Origin: Parcubacteria bacterium RAAC4_OD1_1
GTDB taxonomy: Bacteria > Patescibacteriota > Minisyncoccia > Phycocordibacterales > UBA9973
Direction of reading: 5' to 3'
Assembly (NCBI GenBank): GCA_000505065.1
Contig: AWSN01000001.1
Span: 262,567 to 313,819 of the forward strand
DNA length: 51,253 bases
Shown: in pieces, positions 9,780 to 19,664 of the stretch
How positions within the stretch are numbered: position 1 is the first letter of the stretch
Layout of the letters: each line of letters opens with the position of its first letter
Made by a program: the position numbers and the translations under genes
The notes under the pieces: generated by a model
The model's input: the letters and a program-made list of their open reading frames with translations, nothing else
Told to the model about the DNA's origin: nothing
Databases searched by the model: none

Positions 9780-12700
9780 TTATTTCAATTTCCCTCTAGT
9801 CAGTGGCCCTACTATTCCATCTCCTACTAATCCATTTGCTAATTGGAATTTAATAACAGCTTGTTTAGTTAAATTACCAAAATAAGTTGTTTCGTTGTTT
9901 AGTGAACCTGCTCCAGATGAAGATACAATATATCCGTGAATATTTAAATATTTCTGTAATTCTTTAACATCTTCTCCTTGCATTTTGTATTTTAGAGTTC
10001 TGATTAGAGTTAAAGGATTGGATGTATTGTTAGGATTATTTGTAATAGTTGGAGTGATGGGTGTGATTTGATTTGGAAATTCTTGTTTTAATTTCTCTGC
10101 TTCTTGTTTTTTACCTATAGATATTAGATTAAAATAGCGTGAAGATGCAGAGGAACCAGAAGATTTATATCTTGTAATTATTTCTACTGGTGAATCAGAC
10201 AAATAACTTATTGTTATAGAATGTAAAGTGGGAGTACTATCATTAGTAGTAGACAGAACAGCTTTTACTTGAATATATCTGTTATCTGGTGAAGTGATAG
10301 TTCCTGTAGATTCTACCCATTCACTCCATGATTCATCTGGGATAACAGTGCTTCCAGTCCTAGTATAATACAAAATAGAAGTGCCTGATGGTTTTGTTTC
10401 TTCTTTTGTTAAAGTCTCCCATTTAACACTCTGACTTGCACCAATAACCGAAGAGATAAAAGTTCCAGAATTAGAACCTTGCATTGGAAATTTGTAATTA
10501 GTAACCATAGGACTCCATGCTGTATCTCTACCACCTATAATATATAAATTATTATCTACAACCTGAACTACTGATCTGTGTATTGCCTGAGGAAGAGCGT
10601 CTAAATATGAAGTCCATGTATTAATTGTTATATCATAAACAAATATATCATCTACAGTTTCATAACCCTCATCTGTTCCACCAATATAATAGAATAAATT
10701 GCCAATAGAAACAGAAGTTCCACCAGACCGAGGGGCAGGAATAGGACTTAAATTGGTTTGCCATGTATTACTCTCAATATTATATGAAATTAATTCATTA
10801 GAGAAAGAAATTCCACCATCAATTTGACCTCCAGCAATATACATAATTCCATTTATTATTTGAGAAGTTGTTCCTGCCATTTTGGTTACAGGAGATGGTT
10901 CAAGGAAGCTCCAACTTTCTCCATCAAATACTTCTATTGTTTGACTTGGATTACTACTTGAAATAGGAGAACCACCAGCAACATATATCTTACCATTATA
11001 AACTCCTCCGGTTGCTCCAATTCTTGCAATATTCATAGATGGTCCAACCGTCCAAGAATCATTACTTGGATCATAAATCTCCATAGTGCTCTCACCTTCC
11101 CAGTTTACGTTTCTTCCACCAATAATATATAATTTATTATTTAAAACAACAGAAACCGCTCCGGTTCTCGCAATAGACATAGGATTTAATTCTACCCAAG
11201 AATCATTACTTGGATCATAAACAATAGTGGAATTCAAATCTTCCCAATTTTCTGTTCCCCCAGCAATATATATTTTATTATTTATAACTCCATTACCAGC
11301 TGATATACGAGCTATAGGTAAAGGTTCCTTTTCTTCCCAATTTGAAAAATCTAAAACTAAAACAGAATTAATTGATAAATCTCCAGAAGATATAGTTTCA
11401 TCAAGTGAAGTTAAAGTCCCATCTTCAAAATCTTGTTGTGAAGTAATCATAGCCGAGCCATTTTCTGTTTGAATTCTAGGACAAGGTAAAATGGTTATAT
11501 AAGTTTCTGACCAATCTGTTTCATTATTATCTAAACCCTTTCCTTTTACTCTAAAAGAATATTCTGCATCACAAGTTAATCCAGTAAATTGATAAGTTTC
11601 AATTGTAATCCAATCTGAATTAGTATTGTTAGTAGTATTTTCTATATAGTAGCTAGGTGTTGTTCCTTCATACGTAAGAGTTAAACTTGTTTTAGAATCA
11701 TATGTAACATTGATGATGTATGGTGTAGATGAACATATAGATGTGGTAAATGTTTGATCACTCCCATATGAAGTACCAACATAGTTTGTGGTAATAGCTC
11801 TATAGTGATATGTGGTATTACAAGTTAAAGATGTAATATTTTTAGAATAGATGCCATTGTAGTATGAACCTGTTTCTTTAGAAACTTGTCCATATGAAGT
11901 CGTAAAACCATATTCGAATCCTCTTTCCCCCACTTCCCCACCATCATTTATGATTTCTCCATTTAAAGTGACTGTTGTTGGAGTGATAGATGAAGATAAA
12001 CCTGTAGTAACACTAGATATTGTAGGACAGATAGATGTGGTAAATGTTTGATCACTCCCATATCCTGTTCCCTTACTATTAGTTGCATATGAACGATAAT
12101 GATATGTCGTTTCGCAAGAAAGTCCTGTGAGACTAGTAGAGAATGTTCCTATATTAAAATCTCCGTTTTCTGTTGTAGTTGTTTCGTAGCTATCTGTGAG
12201 ACCATATTCAAATCCACGAATGGTTGGATTCTCTCCACCAATGTCTGTGATTTCTCCATTTAGAGTGACTGTTGTTGGGGTGATAGATGAAGATGGATTG
12301 GTAGAGAGAGATGGAGATAATGATGAAAGTAATATTGAAACAGTGTTATCAGCTCTATTTGATACCACTAAATCAGGATAGGGATCAGAATTGAATAAGT
12401 CAGAGATGACAGAGTTTGGATTATTTCCAGTTACATAATCAACTTTAGTCCCAAATGTGCCATCTCCATTACCAAGAAATATAGAGATAGTGTAATTAAA
12501 ATAATTAGTTACTGCCAAATCAGGATATGAATCAAAGTTGAATAAACCAGAGGTGACAGAGTTTGGATTATTTCCAGTTACATAATCAACTTTAGTCCCA
12601 AATGTGCCATCTCCATTACCAAGGAGGATTGAGATAGTATTACTAGATTGATTCACTGTCACTAAATCAAGGTATGAATCAGAGTTAAATAAACCGGAAA

Positions 12701-13421
12701 TAATGAACCATGGATTATTTCCAGTTGCATAATCAACCTTAGTCCCAAATGTACCATCTCCGTTTCCAAGAAATATTGAAACGGTGTGGTTACTATAATT
12801 TGCTATCACTAAATCAAGGTATGAATCAGAGTTAAATAAACCGGAAATAATGGAGTATGAAATAAATCCAATTTCATAATCAACCTTAGATTGAAATGTG
12901 CCATCTCCATTACCAAGGAGTACTGAAAAACTATAACTACCAAGATGCGTTACCGCTAAATCAAGATATGAATCAGGGTTGAATAAGCCGGATGTGACAG
13001 AATATGGACCACTTCCAGTTCCATAATCAACTTTAGATTGAAATGTGCCATCTCCATTACCAAGGAGGATTGAAACAGTGTTACTACTATAATTAGTTAC
13101 CACCAAATCAAGATATAAATCAGAGTTGAAAAGTCCGGAGATGACAGAATATGGACCACTTCCAGTTACATAATCAACCTTAGATTGAAATGTGCCATCT
13201 CCATTACCAAGGAGGATTGAAACAGTGTTGCTCCCATTATTCGTTACCGCTAAATCAAGATATGAATCAGAGTTGAATAAGCCTGTGGTGACAGAACGTG
13301 GAGAAGTTCCAGTTACATAATCAACTTTATTAACAAAAAGTCCTTCTGCAAAAACATTTTTTGATAATAAAAAAGTTATAATAATAAAAAAAAATAAAAA
13401 TATATTTTTAAATTTAAACAT
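9780..13421 (-). CDS. Giant secreted mosaic protein: signal peptide, 7 FG-GAP/VCBS-like repeats, 3 Ig/FN3-like modules, Kelch-type beta-propeller, C-terminal peptidoglycan-binding domain
   Basis: 1213 aa. N-terminal signal/TM. Seven 49-aa repeats VDYxTG...LFNSDSYLDLxVTN...VSILLGNGDGTFxxK. Three TVTLNGEI...TTYHYR modules. Repeated NNKIYIAGG/LYIIGG Kelch-like blades. C-terminal GEDVKELQKYLN...VGDGIVGPLT resembles PG_binding_1. Confidence 0.85.
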   Translation of the reverse strand: MFKFKNIFLFFFIIITFLLSKNVFAEGLFVNKVDYVTGTSPRSVTTGLFNSDSYLDLAVTNNGSNTVSILLGNGDGTFQSKVDYVTGSGPYSVISGLFNSDLYLDLVVTNYSSNTVSILLGNGDGTFQSKVDYGTGSGPYSVTSGLFNPDSYLDLAVTHLGSYSFSVLLGNGDGTFQSKVDYEIGFISYSIISGLFNSDSYLDLVIANYSNHTVSIFLGNGDGTFGTKVDYATGNNPWFIISGLFNSDSYLDLVTVNQSSNTISILLGNGDGTFGTKVDYVTGNNPNSVTSGLFNFDSYPDLAVTNYFNYTISIFLGNGDGTFGTKVDYVTGNNPNSVISDLFNSDPYPDLVVSNRADNTVSILLSSLSPSLSTNPSSSITPTTVTLNGEITDIGGENPTIRGFEYGLTDSYETTTTENGDFNIGTFSTSLTGLSCETTYHYRSYATNSKGTGYGSDQTFTTSICPTISSVTTGLSSSITPTTVTLNGEIINDGGEVGERGFEYGFTTSYGQVSKETGSYYNGIYSKNITSLTCNTTYHYRAITTNYVGTSYGSDQTFTTSICSSTPYIINVTYDSKTSLTLTYEGTTPSYYIENTTNNTNSDWITIETYQFTGLTCDAEYSFRVKGKGLDNNETDWSETYITILPCPRIQTENGSAMITSQQDFEDGTLTSLDETISSGDLSINSVLVLDFSNWEEKEPLPIARISAGNGVINNKIYIAGGTENWEDLNSTIVYDPSNDSWVELNPMSIARTGAVSVVLNNKLYIIGGRNVNWEGESTMEIYDPSNDSWTVGPSMNIARIGATGGVYNGKIYVAGGSPISSSNPSQTIEVFDGESWSFLEPSPVTKMAGTTSQIINGIMYIAGGQIDGGISFSNELISYNIESNTWQTNLSPIPAPRSGGTSVSIGNLFYYIGGTDEGYETVDDIFVYDITINTWTSYLDALPQAIHRSVVQVVDNNLYIIGGRDTAWSPMVTNYKFPMQGSNSGTFISSVIGASQSVKWETLTKEETKPSGTSILYYTRTGSTVIPDESWSEWVESTGTITSPDNRYIQVKAVLSTTNDSTPTLHSITISYLSDSPVEIITRYKSSGSSASSRYFNLISIGKKQEAEKLKQEFPNQITPITPTITNNPNNTSNPLTLIRTLKYKMQGEDVKELQKYLNIHGYIVSSSGAGSLNNETTYFGNLTKQAVIKFQLANGLVGDGIVGPLTRGKLK
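12300..13331 (-). repeat. Seven tandem 147-nt coding repeats (FG-GAP-like blades)
   Basis: The block aatgtgccatctccattaccaag recurs about every 147 nt on the plus strand and encodes the GNGDGTF part of each blade. Confidence 0.8.
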
Positions 13422-13486
13422 TTTTTTATTATATCATAAATATTTATAAAAATGCACTTAATAAAATATTATGCTAACATATAAAT

Positions 13487-15436
13487 ATGTTTATAATAAC
13501 CGTTATTCCAATTGAAAAAGGTCCATTTGGGGAAAGCCTCACCTATTTCTATCCTAAAGACATTCCTATTGGATATATCGTCTCTGCTCCACTTCGTTCT
13601 AGGAATATAAATGCGATCGTAGTTGGAAATGAAGAAATATTAAACGCAAAAACAGATATAAAAAATGCAGATTTCACTTTAAAAAAAATCACTAAAGTTA
13701 TCGGTGAATCACCCTTTAGTAGTGACTTCTTTTTAACGTGTGAAAAAATGGGTATATACACCACAAGCAACACTGGCTCAATAATAAGAAATATGATACC
13801 CGTTGATATACTAGAAAATTTAGAAGAAATAAAAAGAAAAGAAAAAATTATTTCAGAAGAAGAAATAAAAGACATAAAACAAGAAAAATTAATATTCCAA
13901 TCTCCAAAAGAAGATAGAATAGCGTTTTATAAAACATTAATCAGAGAGGCTTTCGCAAAAAAAGAATCTGTGTTTATTTGTATGCCGACCAAATATGACA
14001 TTGAAATATTTGAAAGTGAACTTAAAAAAGGAATCGAACAATATGTTTTCTCCTTTCATAGTGATATTAAAAAGAAAAAATTAATAAATGATTTTAATAA
14101 ATGTATTTCAATTGATCATCCAATACTCATAATAGGGACAGGTAAATTTTTATTTATAGACAGGAATGATATAAAAACTATGATCTTAGAACACGAGAGT
14201 AGTGAATCATATAAGCAATTTATAAGACCCTATTTAGATATAAGAGGCTTTGTGGAATCTTTATCTTTTCACAAAAAAACAAAACTCATAATAGGAGATG
14301 AAATTCTTCGACCTGAAACACTTTGGCGTCATGAAGAAAAAGAATTTGGTGAAATTTCTTCTCCAATATTTCGACTACCAGAAATTGAAAATAGAATTTT
14401 AGTGGATATGAAAGAAGAAATAATAGATAAAACAAATAAAAAATTTGCGGTTTTAGGAGAAGAAACAATAAAAACAATAGAAAAAGCTCTTACTTCTCAA
14501 AAATCAGTTTTTCTATTTTCAGTGAGAAAAGGTCTCGCACCCATAACTATCTGCTATGACTGTGGTAATACTCTTCTATGTCCATCTTGCGACACTCCAA
14601 TAGTACTTTATAATGTAAAAAATAAAGAAAATAAAGATTCAAAAATGAGAATCTTTATGTGCAACAAGTGTGGCAAAAAAGAAAAGACAGAGATTAGATG
14701 TCCAAAATGTAATTCTTGGAATCTAACACCCCTTGGTATTGGAACAGAAAGAGTTGAAGAAGAAATAAAAAATCTTTTTCCAAAAATCAATATATATCTT
14801 TTTGACAAGGAGAGTGTTAATGGGGACAAAGAAGCAAAAGAAAAAATAGAAAAATTTAAAAAAGAAAAAAGTGCAATACTGATCGGAACAGAACTCGTTT
14901 TTTCTTATTTAGATAAAAAAATTGGAGATAGTGTAGTAGTATCATTTGATGGACTTATGTCTATACCAAGTTTTAATATGACTCAAAAAATAATCCATAT
15001 TATAGAAAAATTAAACAACATAACAGAAAACAATCTAATCATTCAAACAAGGAATTCGGATAATCCATTATTAAAACAAATTTTAGCTGGAAATGTTCTT
15101 CCTTTATATAGGCAAGAAATAAAAGAAAGAAAAGATTATAATTATCCGCCCTTCAAACGATTAATAAAAATAACTTTCCAGGGAACTAAACAGGAAAATG
15201 AAAAAGCAAGATCATTTTTAAACAATATCCTAGGTGGTTATGATCCTCAAATATTCAGTGCTTTTATAGGTAAACAAAAAGGAGAGTATGTGACAAATAC
15301 AATAATCAGAATCGAACCAAAATTATGGCAAATTCCTAATACAAAAAACAACATCATTTCTATCCATTTAAGAGATAGCCTACTTAAACTTCCTCCTTCA
15401 TTTTCTATAAACATAGATCCTGAAGACTTATTATAA
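13487..15436 (+). CDS. priA: Primosomal protein N' (PriA)-like protein with degenerate helicase ATPase motifs
   Basis: 649 aa. Cys-rich zinc region CYDCGNTLLCPSCDTPIVL...CNKCG...CPKCNS and overall PriA layout. The expected Walker A and DEEH positions read QSPKEDRI and LEHE. Confidence 0.75.
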   Translation: MFIITVIPIEKGPFGESLTYFYPKDIPIGYIVSAPLRSRNINAIVVGNEEILNAKTDIKNADFTLKKITKVIGESPFSSDFFLTCEKMGIYTTSNTGSIIRNMIPVDILENLEEIKRKEKIISEEEIKDIKQEKLIFQSPKEDRIAFYKTLIREAFAKKESVFICMPTKYDIEIFESELKKGIEQYVFSFHSDIKKKKLINDFNKCISIDHPILIIGTGKFLFIDRNDIKTMILEHESSESYKQFIRPYLDIRGFVESLSFHKKTKLIIGDEILRPETLWRHEEKEFGEISSPIFRLPEIENRILVDMKEEIIDKTNKKFAVLGEETIKTIEKALTSQKSVFLFSVRKGLAPITICYDCGNTLLCPSCDTPIVLYNVKNKENKDSKMRIFMCNKCGKKEKTEIRCPKCNSWNLTPLGIGTERVEEEIKNLFPKINIYLFDKESVNGDKEAKEKIEKFKKEKSAILIGTELVFSYLDKKIGDSVVVSFDGLMSIPSFNMTQKIIHIIEKLNNITENNLIIQTRNSDNPLLKQILAGNVLPLYRQEIKERKDYNYPPFKRLIKITFQGTKQENEKARSFLNNILGGYDPQIFSAFIGKQKGEYVTNTIIRIEPKLWQIPNTKNNIISIHLRDSLLKLPPSFSINIDPEDLL

Positions 15437-15476
15437 ACTTGATTGGAAATAAAATGTGTGCTAACATATATGAACT

Positions 15477-15713
15477 ATGATTACAGTAATTGAAGTTAAA
15501 AAAAATACAAACGAGAGTAATATGAATCTCATTAGGAGATTTTCTCGTAAGGTTCAAGAATCTGGAATTATCCAAAAGGTTAAAGGCAAAAGATACAATG
15601 AAAGAGCAGAATCAAAAGTAAAAACAAAAGCTCAAGCATTAAAGAAAATAGCCCGAAGAAAAGAGTATGAAAGACTTTTTAAATTAGGTAAGGCCTCAAA
15701 AGGAAAGAAATAA
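15477..15713 (+). CDS. rpsU: 30S ribosomal protein bS21
   Basis: 78 aa, basic. LIRRFSRKVQESGI...KKIARRKEYE is typical of S21. Confidence 0.85.
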   Translation: MITVIEVKKNTNESNMNLIRRFSRKVQESGIIQKVKGKRYNERAESKVKTKAQALKKIARRKEYERLFKLGKASKGKK

Positions 15714-15714
15714 G

Positions 15715-16101
15715 ATGGATAATAAAGAATTCTGCACAATCAAGAACGAAACAAAAGGCAAGCTCCCAAGCTTGCCTTTTGTTTCGATTAAAGAAAAAAT
15801 TTTAGGTAAAAAATATGACCTTTCTATTATTTTTTTAAAAGAAAAAGATCAAAAGAAAATAAACAGGAAATATCGTGGTAAAAACAAATCCACAAATATA
15901 TTGTCTTTTCCCCTTGAAAAACTCTCTGGAGAGATAACATTTGACCCCCAAAAAGTAAAGAAAGATGCTCCCCTTTTTAAAATGAGATATAGGGAATTTT
16001 TAAAACTTCTATTTATCCACGGTTGTTTACATTTGAAAGGTTTTGAACATAGTAGTAGAATGGAAAAAGAGGAACAAAAATTTATGAAAATGTTTTCTTA
16101 A
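15715..16101 (+). CDS. ybeY: rRNA maturation endoribonuclease YbeY
   Basis: HGCLHLKGFEH zinc-binding motif (HGxLHLxGyDH). Starts 2 nt after the rpsU stop. Confidence 0.85.
   Translation: MDNKEFCTIKNETKGKLPSLPFVSIKEKILGKKYDLSIIFLKEKDQKKINRKYRGKNKSTNILSFPLEKLSGEITFDPQKVKKDAPLFKMRYREFLKLLFIHGCLHLKGFEHSSRMEKEEQKFMKMFS
15746..15785. repeat. 40-nt perfect palindrome inside ybeY
   Basis: cgaaacaaaaggcaagct-ccca-agcttgccttttgtttcg: 18-bp perfect stem with a 4-nt loop, in frame (encodes NETKGKLPSLPFVS). Confidence 0.9.
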
Positions 16102-16115
16102 TTTAATTTTAATTA

Positions 16116-17291
16116 ATGAATAAAAAAAATTACACTTGTGGAATAGATATTGGTTCGAGTTTTACAAAAGTTGTAGTACTCGGATACGAAAAAGGCGGAA
16201 AAGATTTAACTTTGCTTGCTTCTTCATATGTTGAAACAAGGGGTGTAAGATTAGGATATATTACTAATGTAGACCATGTCGCAGGAACTGTAAAAAAAGC
16301 TATCTCTTCTGTTGAAAATGTTTTAGGATTTAAAATAAAAAATGCATACATTTCAATAGAAGGTATAAATTTATCTTCTGTTGTATCTATAGGCTCTTCT
16401 ATTATATCGAAAGCTGATCAAGAAATTACTGAACTTGACGTACATAAGGCAATAGACAATAGTGAAGAAAATTTAGATACCCCCAACAAAAAAATCATTC
16501 ATACAATTCCTTTATCTTATAAAATAGATGGTAAAGATATCTTTGGTCACCCAGAAAGTATGAAAGGTATCAAACTTGAAGTAAGAACACTTTTCATAAC
16601 GTGCCTAAAACAAAATGTCGAAGATATTATTACTGTCTTTGGTTTATTAAATATAAATATTTTAGATATTATCGCTTCACCTATTGCTTCTAGCAATATC
16701 TTACTTAGCACAAAACAAAAAACAGCTGGGTGTGCACTTTTAGACATAGGCTGTGAGACAGTATCCCTTACTGTTTTTGAAGAAAATTCTCCTATATATC
16801 TTATTACATTTCCATTTGGAAGTATGGATATTACTAAAGATATAGCACTTGGATTTAAGATAAGCCTAGAAGAGGCAGATAGTATCAAGCATGGAAACGT
16901 AATAGGAGCTGATTATTCTAAGAAAAAAATAGATGAAATAATAGAAGCAAGACTTGTGGATATTTTTGAATTAGTAAATAATCATTTAAAAAAATTAAAA
17001 AGGAACGAGTTGTTGCCAGCAGGAATTATAATCACTGGTGGAGGGGCTCTCATAAATAAAATAGAAGAAATAGCCAAAAGAGAATTAAAACTACCAGCTA
17101 GTGTGGGAACAGTAGATCAACAAACCAACAATAAATTAAAAATCAAAGATTCTTCTTGGTATACAGCTTATGGTCTTGCTCTTTCTTCAAAAGAGAATTT
17201 TGATAATCAAAATATTTATAATTCTTTAGGGGTGGATGTTAAACAAGTTAAAGGGTTTTTTAAAAGTATTTTCTCACAACTTTTACCATAG
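16116..17291 (+). CDS. ftsA: Cell division protein FtsA
   Basis: Actin-fold motifs GIDIGSSFTKV and IIITGGGA. Lies immediately upstream of ftsZ. Confidence 0.85.
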   Translation: MNKKNYTCGIDIGSSFTKVVVLGYEKGGKDLTLLASSYVETRGVRLGYITNVDHVAGTVKKAISSVENVLGFKIKNAYISIEGINLSSVVSIGSSIISKADQEITELDVHKAIDNSEENLDTPNKKIIHTIPLSYKIDGKDIFGHPESMKGIKLEVRTLFITCLKQNVEDIITVFGLLNINILDIIASPIASSNILLSTKQKTAGCALLDIGCETVSLTVFEENSPIYLITFPFGSMDITKDIALGFKISLEEADSIKHGNVIGADYSKKKIDEIIEARLVDIFELVNNHLKKLKRNELLPAGIIITGGGALINKIEEIAKRELKLPASVGTVDQQTNNKLKIKDSSWYTAYGLALSSKENFDNQNIYNSLGVDVKQVKGFFKSIFSQLLP

Positions 17292-17420
17292 AAATCTTTA
17301 AAAAATATCATCTGTAAAGACACAATATAAAATATTGTCAAATATATTCTTTTTTGTAATTTTCTGCTATTATATGTGTATAAAATTATTAGTAATGAAA
17401 GACTTCAGTCTATAAAAAAT

Positions 17421-18596
17421 ATGCCTAAAATAAACCCAGAAATTGAATCATTCGCAAGAATAAAAGTTATCGGAATTGGTGGCTCAGGGAAAAACGCCTT
17501 AAACCACATGATAAACTCCAAAGTTAAAGGAGTAGAATTTATTGTTATGAACACAGACACTCAAGATCTTCATAATTCTCTCGCAGAAAAAAAAGTTCAT
17601 CTTGGTAAAAACTTAACAAAAGGATTAGGGGCTGGAATGAACCCAGAAGTTGGTCGTCGTGCAGCAGAAGAAACTAAAGCCGAAATCCAAGATGTAATCA
17701 AAGGAGCAGATATGGTCTTTATTGCTTGTGGTATGGGTGGAGGCACAGGAACAGGGGCAGCACCAATAGTCGCGCAAGCAGCAAAAGAACAAGGTATCCT
17801 TACTGTTGCAGTTGTGACAAAACCTTTTTCATTTGAAGGAAACCAAAGAATGAAATTAGCAGAAGATGGTCTTTCTCTTCTTGAAAAAGAAGTTGATGCA
17901 ATTCTTGTTATTCCAAACGATAGATTGATTGTTATTTCTGGTAAAGATGTAGGGTTCCGACAAGCCTTCGCTATGTGTGACGAAGTTTTGAAACAAGCAG
18001 TTGAAGGAATTTCTGAGCTTATAACCACCCCCGGAATGATAAATGTGGACTTTGCTGACATTAAAGCCGTCATGCATGATGCAGGAAGCGCTCTTATGGG
18101 AGTAGGTATTGCAGCAGGAGAAGGAAGGTCTGAAAAAGCAGCTCTCCAAGCAATTAATTCCCCTCTTCTTGATTTATCTATTTCAGGAGCTCGTGGAGTA
18201 CTCTTTGCGATTTCTGGTGGAGATGATCTTACAATTCATGAAATCCAAGAAGCAGCCAAGATAATAACCGAATCAATAGACAAAGATGCAAAAGTTATTT
18301 TTGGAACAATTAAAGATGAGAAATTAAAGAAAGGTGAAATAAAAGTGACCGTCATAGCCACAGGGTTCCCTACTGATATGCCAAAAAGAACACTTTTCCA
18401 ATCTTCAAAAATTCTAGAAAATTCAAATACAATTCCTAACACAAAAGAAGAAGCTCCAAAAACAGAAACTAAAGAAACTCAATCCGAATATATAAAAAAA
18501 TCTGGAGATAAGGTGGAAAAAATAGAAGATGATTTATTTATAGATGACACAGATGATTGGAGCACAGTTCCAGCATTTTTAAGAAGAAAAAGATAA
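17421..18596 (+). CDS. ftsZ: Cell division GTPase FtsZ
   Basis: GIGGSGKNA and the tubulin signature GMGGGTGTGAAP. The track ORF starts at GTG 17376; ATG 17421 (MPKINPE) is the more likely start. Confidence 0.97.
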   Translation: MPKINPEIESFARIKVIGIGGSGKNALNHMINSKVKGVEFIVMNTDTQDLHNSLAEKKVHLGKNLTKGLGAGMNPEVGRRAAEETKAEIQDVIKGADMVFIACGMGGGTGTGAAPIVAQAAKEQGILTVAVVTKPFSFEGNQRMKLAEDGLSLLEKEVDAILVIPNDRLIVISGKDVGFRQAFAMCDEVLKQAVEGISELITTPGMINVDFADIKAVMHDAGSALMGVGIAAGEGRSEKAALQAINSPLLDLSISGARGVLFAISGGDDLTIHEIQEAAKIITESIDKDAKVIFGTIKDEKLKKGEIKVTVIATGFPTDMPKRTLFQSSKILENSNTIPNTKEEAPKTETKETQSEYIKKSGDKVEKIEDDLFIDDTDDWSTVPAFLRRKR

Positions 18597-18621
18597 TTTT
18601 AGGTAACTAGACATATATGAT

Positions 18622-18664
18622 ATAATAATAAGACCATAAACTATGTTTATGGTCTTATTATATT
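18622..18664 (+). terminator. Terminator after ftsZ
   Basis: ATAATAATAAGACCATAAAC-tat-GTTTATGGTCTTATTATAT long hairpin, AT-rich tail. Confidence 0.6.
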
Positions 18665-18707
18665 AAATACTAGCCACTATAAACTAGCTTGCTAGAAACT
18701 AAACCTT

Positions 18708-19634
18708 ATGTACGATTTAATCATTTTAGGAGGAGGCCCAGCAGGAGCCGCCGGAGCGGTCTATGCCGCTCGTAAACAATTAAAAACCGCTATTATAGCT
18801 TATGAATTTGCTGGTCAATCAGTAGTATCTGAAACTATTTACAACTGGATTGGAACCAAAGAAATTTCTGGTGGAGATTTAGCTCAAAATCTTAAAGACC
18901 ATATTTTTTATTACAAAGGTCCATTTTTAGATATTTTTGAAGGAGAAAAAATCAAAGATATAGAAAAAATAGACAATCATTTCAAAGTTATTACCGAAAA
19001 TAATAAAACTTATGAAGGAAAATCTATCCTAATAGCAACAGGAAGTGGAAGAAGAAAACTTGAAGCTATTAATGCAGATAAATTTGAACACAAAGGTATC
19101 ACCTATTGTGCATCTTGTGATGGGCCAATGTTTGCCGATATGGATGTTTTAGTTATCGGTGGAGGTAATGCTGCTTTTGAAACAGCCCTTCAATTACTTG
19201 CTTATTGTAAAAGTGTCATACTCATACACAGAAGTGAAAATTTCCGTGCGGATGAAATAACAGTAGAGAAAACAAAAAATAATCCTAAATTTAAAGCTAT
19301 CACAAATGCCGAGGTTATTAGAATCGATGGAGATAACTTTGCAAATTCTCTCACATATAAAGATAAAATCACAGGAGAGACAATTACCATTCCGACATCT
19401 GGTATTTTTGTAGAAATAGGACAAATTCCAAATACTTCATTTGCTAAAAATGTTGTTTCTCTTGATGAAATAGGTAAGATAAAAGTAGACCCTATAAACC
19501 AAGCTGGAGAAACAGAAGGTATTTGGGCTGCTGGAGATTGCTCAAATGGTAGATACCACCAGAATAATATTGCCGTCGGAGATGCGGTCAAAGCTATCGA
19601 AGACATATATATTTGGCTACATAAAAATAAATAA
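18708..19634 (+). CDS. trxB: Thioredoxin-disulfide reductase
   Basis: FAD motif GGGPAGAAGAVYAAR, redox-active CASCDG, NADPH motif VIGGGNAA. Confidence 0.88.
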   Translation: MYDLIILGGGPAGAAGAVYAARKQLKTAIIAYEFAGQSVVSETIYNWIGTKEISGGDLAQNLKDHIFYYKGPFLDIFEGEKIKDIEKIDNHFKVITENNKTYEGKSILIATGSGRRKLEAINADKFEHKGITYCASCDGPMFADMDVLVIGGGNAAFETALQLLAYCKSVILIHRSENFRADEITVEKTKNNPKFKAITNAEVIRIDGDNFANSLTYKDKITGETITIPTSGIFVEIGQIPNTSFAKNVVSLDEIGKIKVDPINQAGETEGIWAAGDCSNGRYHQNNIAVGDAVKAIEDIYIWLHKNK

Positions 19635-19664
19635 AAGAGCTATTTGAGTTTTTCTATACACAAC

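Noticed and set aside
12300-13331. 147-nt tandem DNA repeats as a non-coding satellite or array
   Set aside because: They are in frame within the 1213-aa ORF and encode FG-GAP-like blades, so they are coding repeats.
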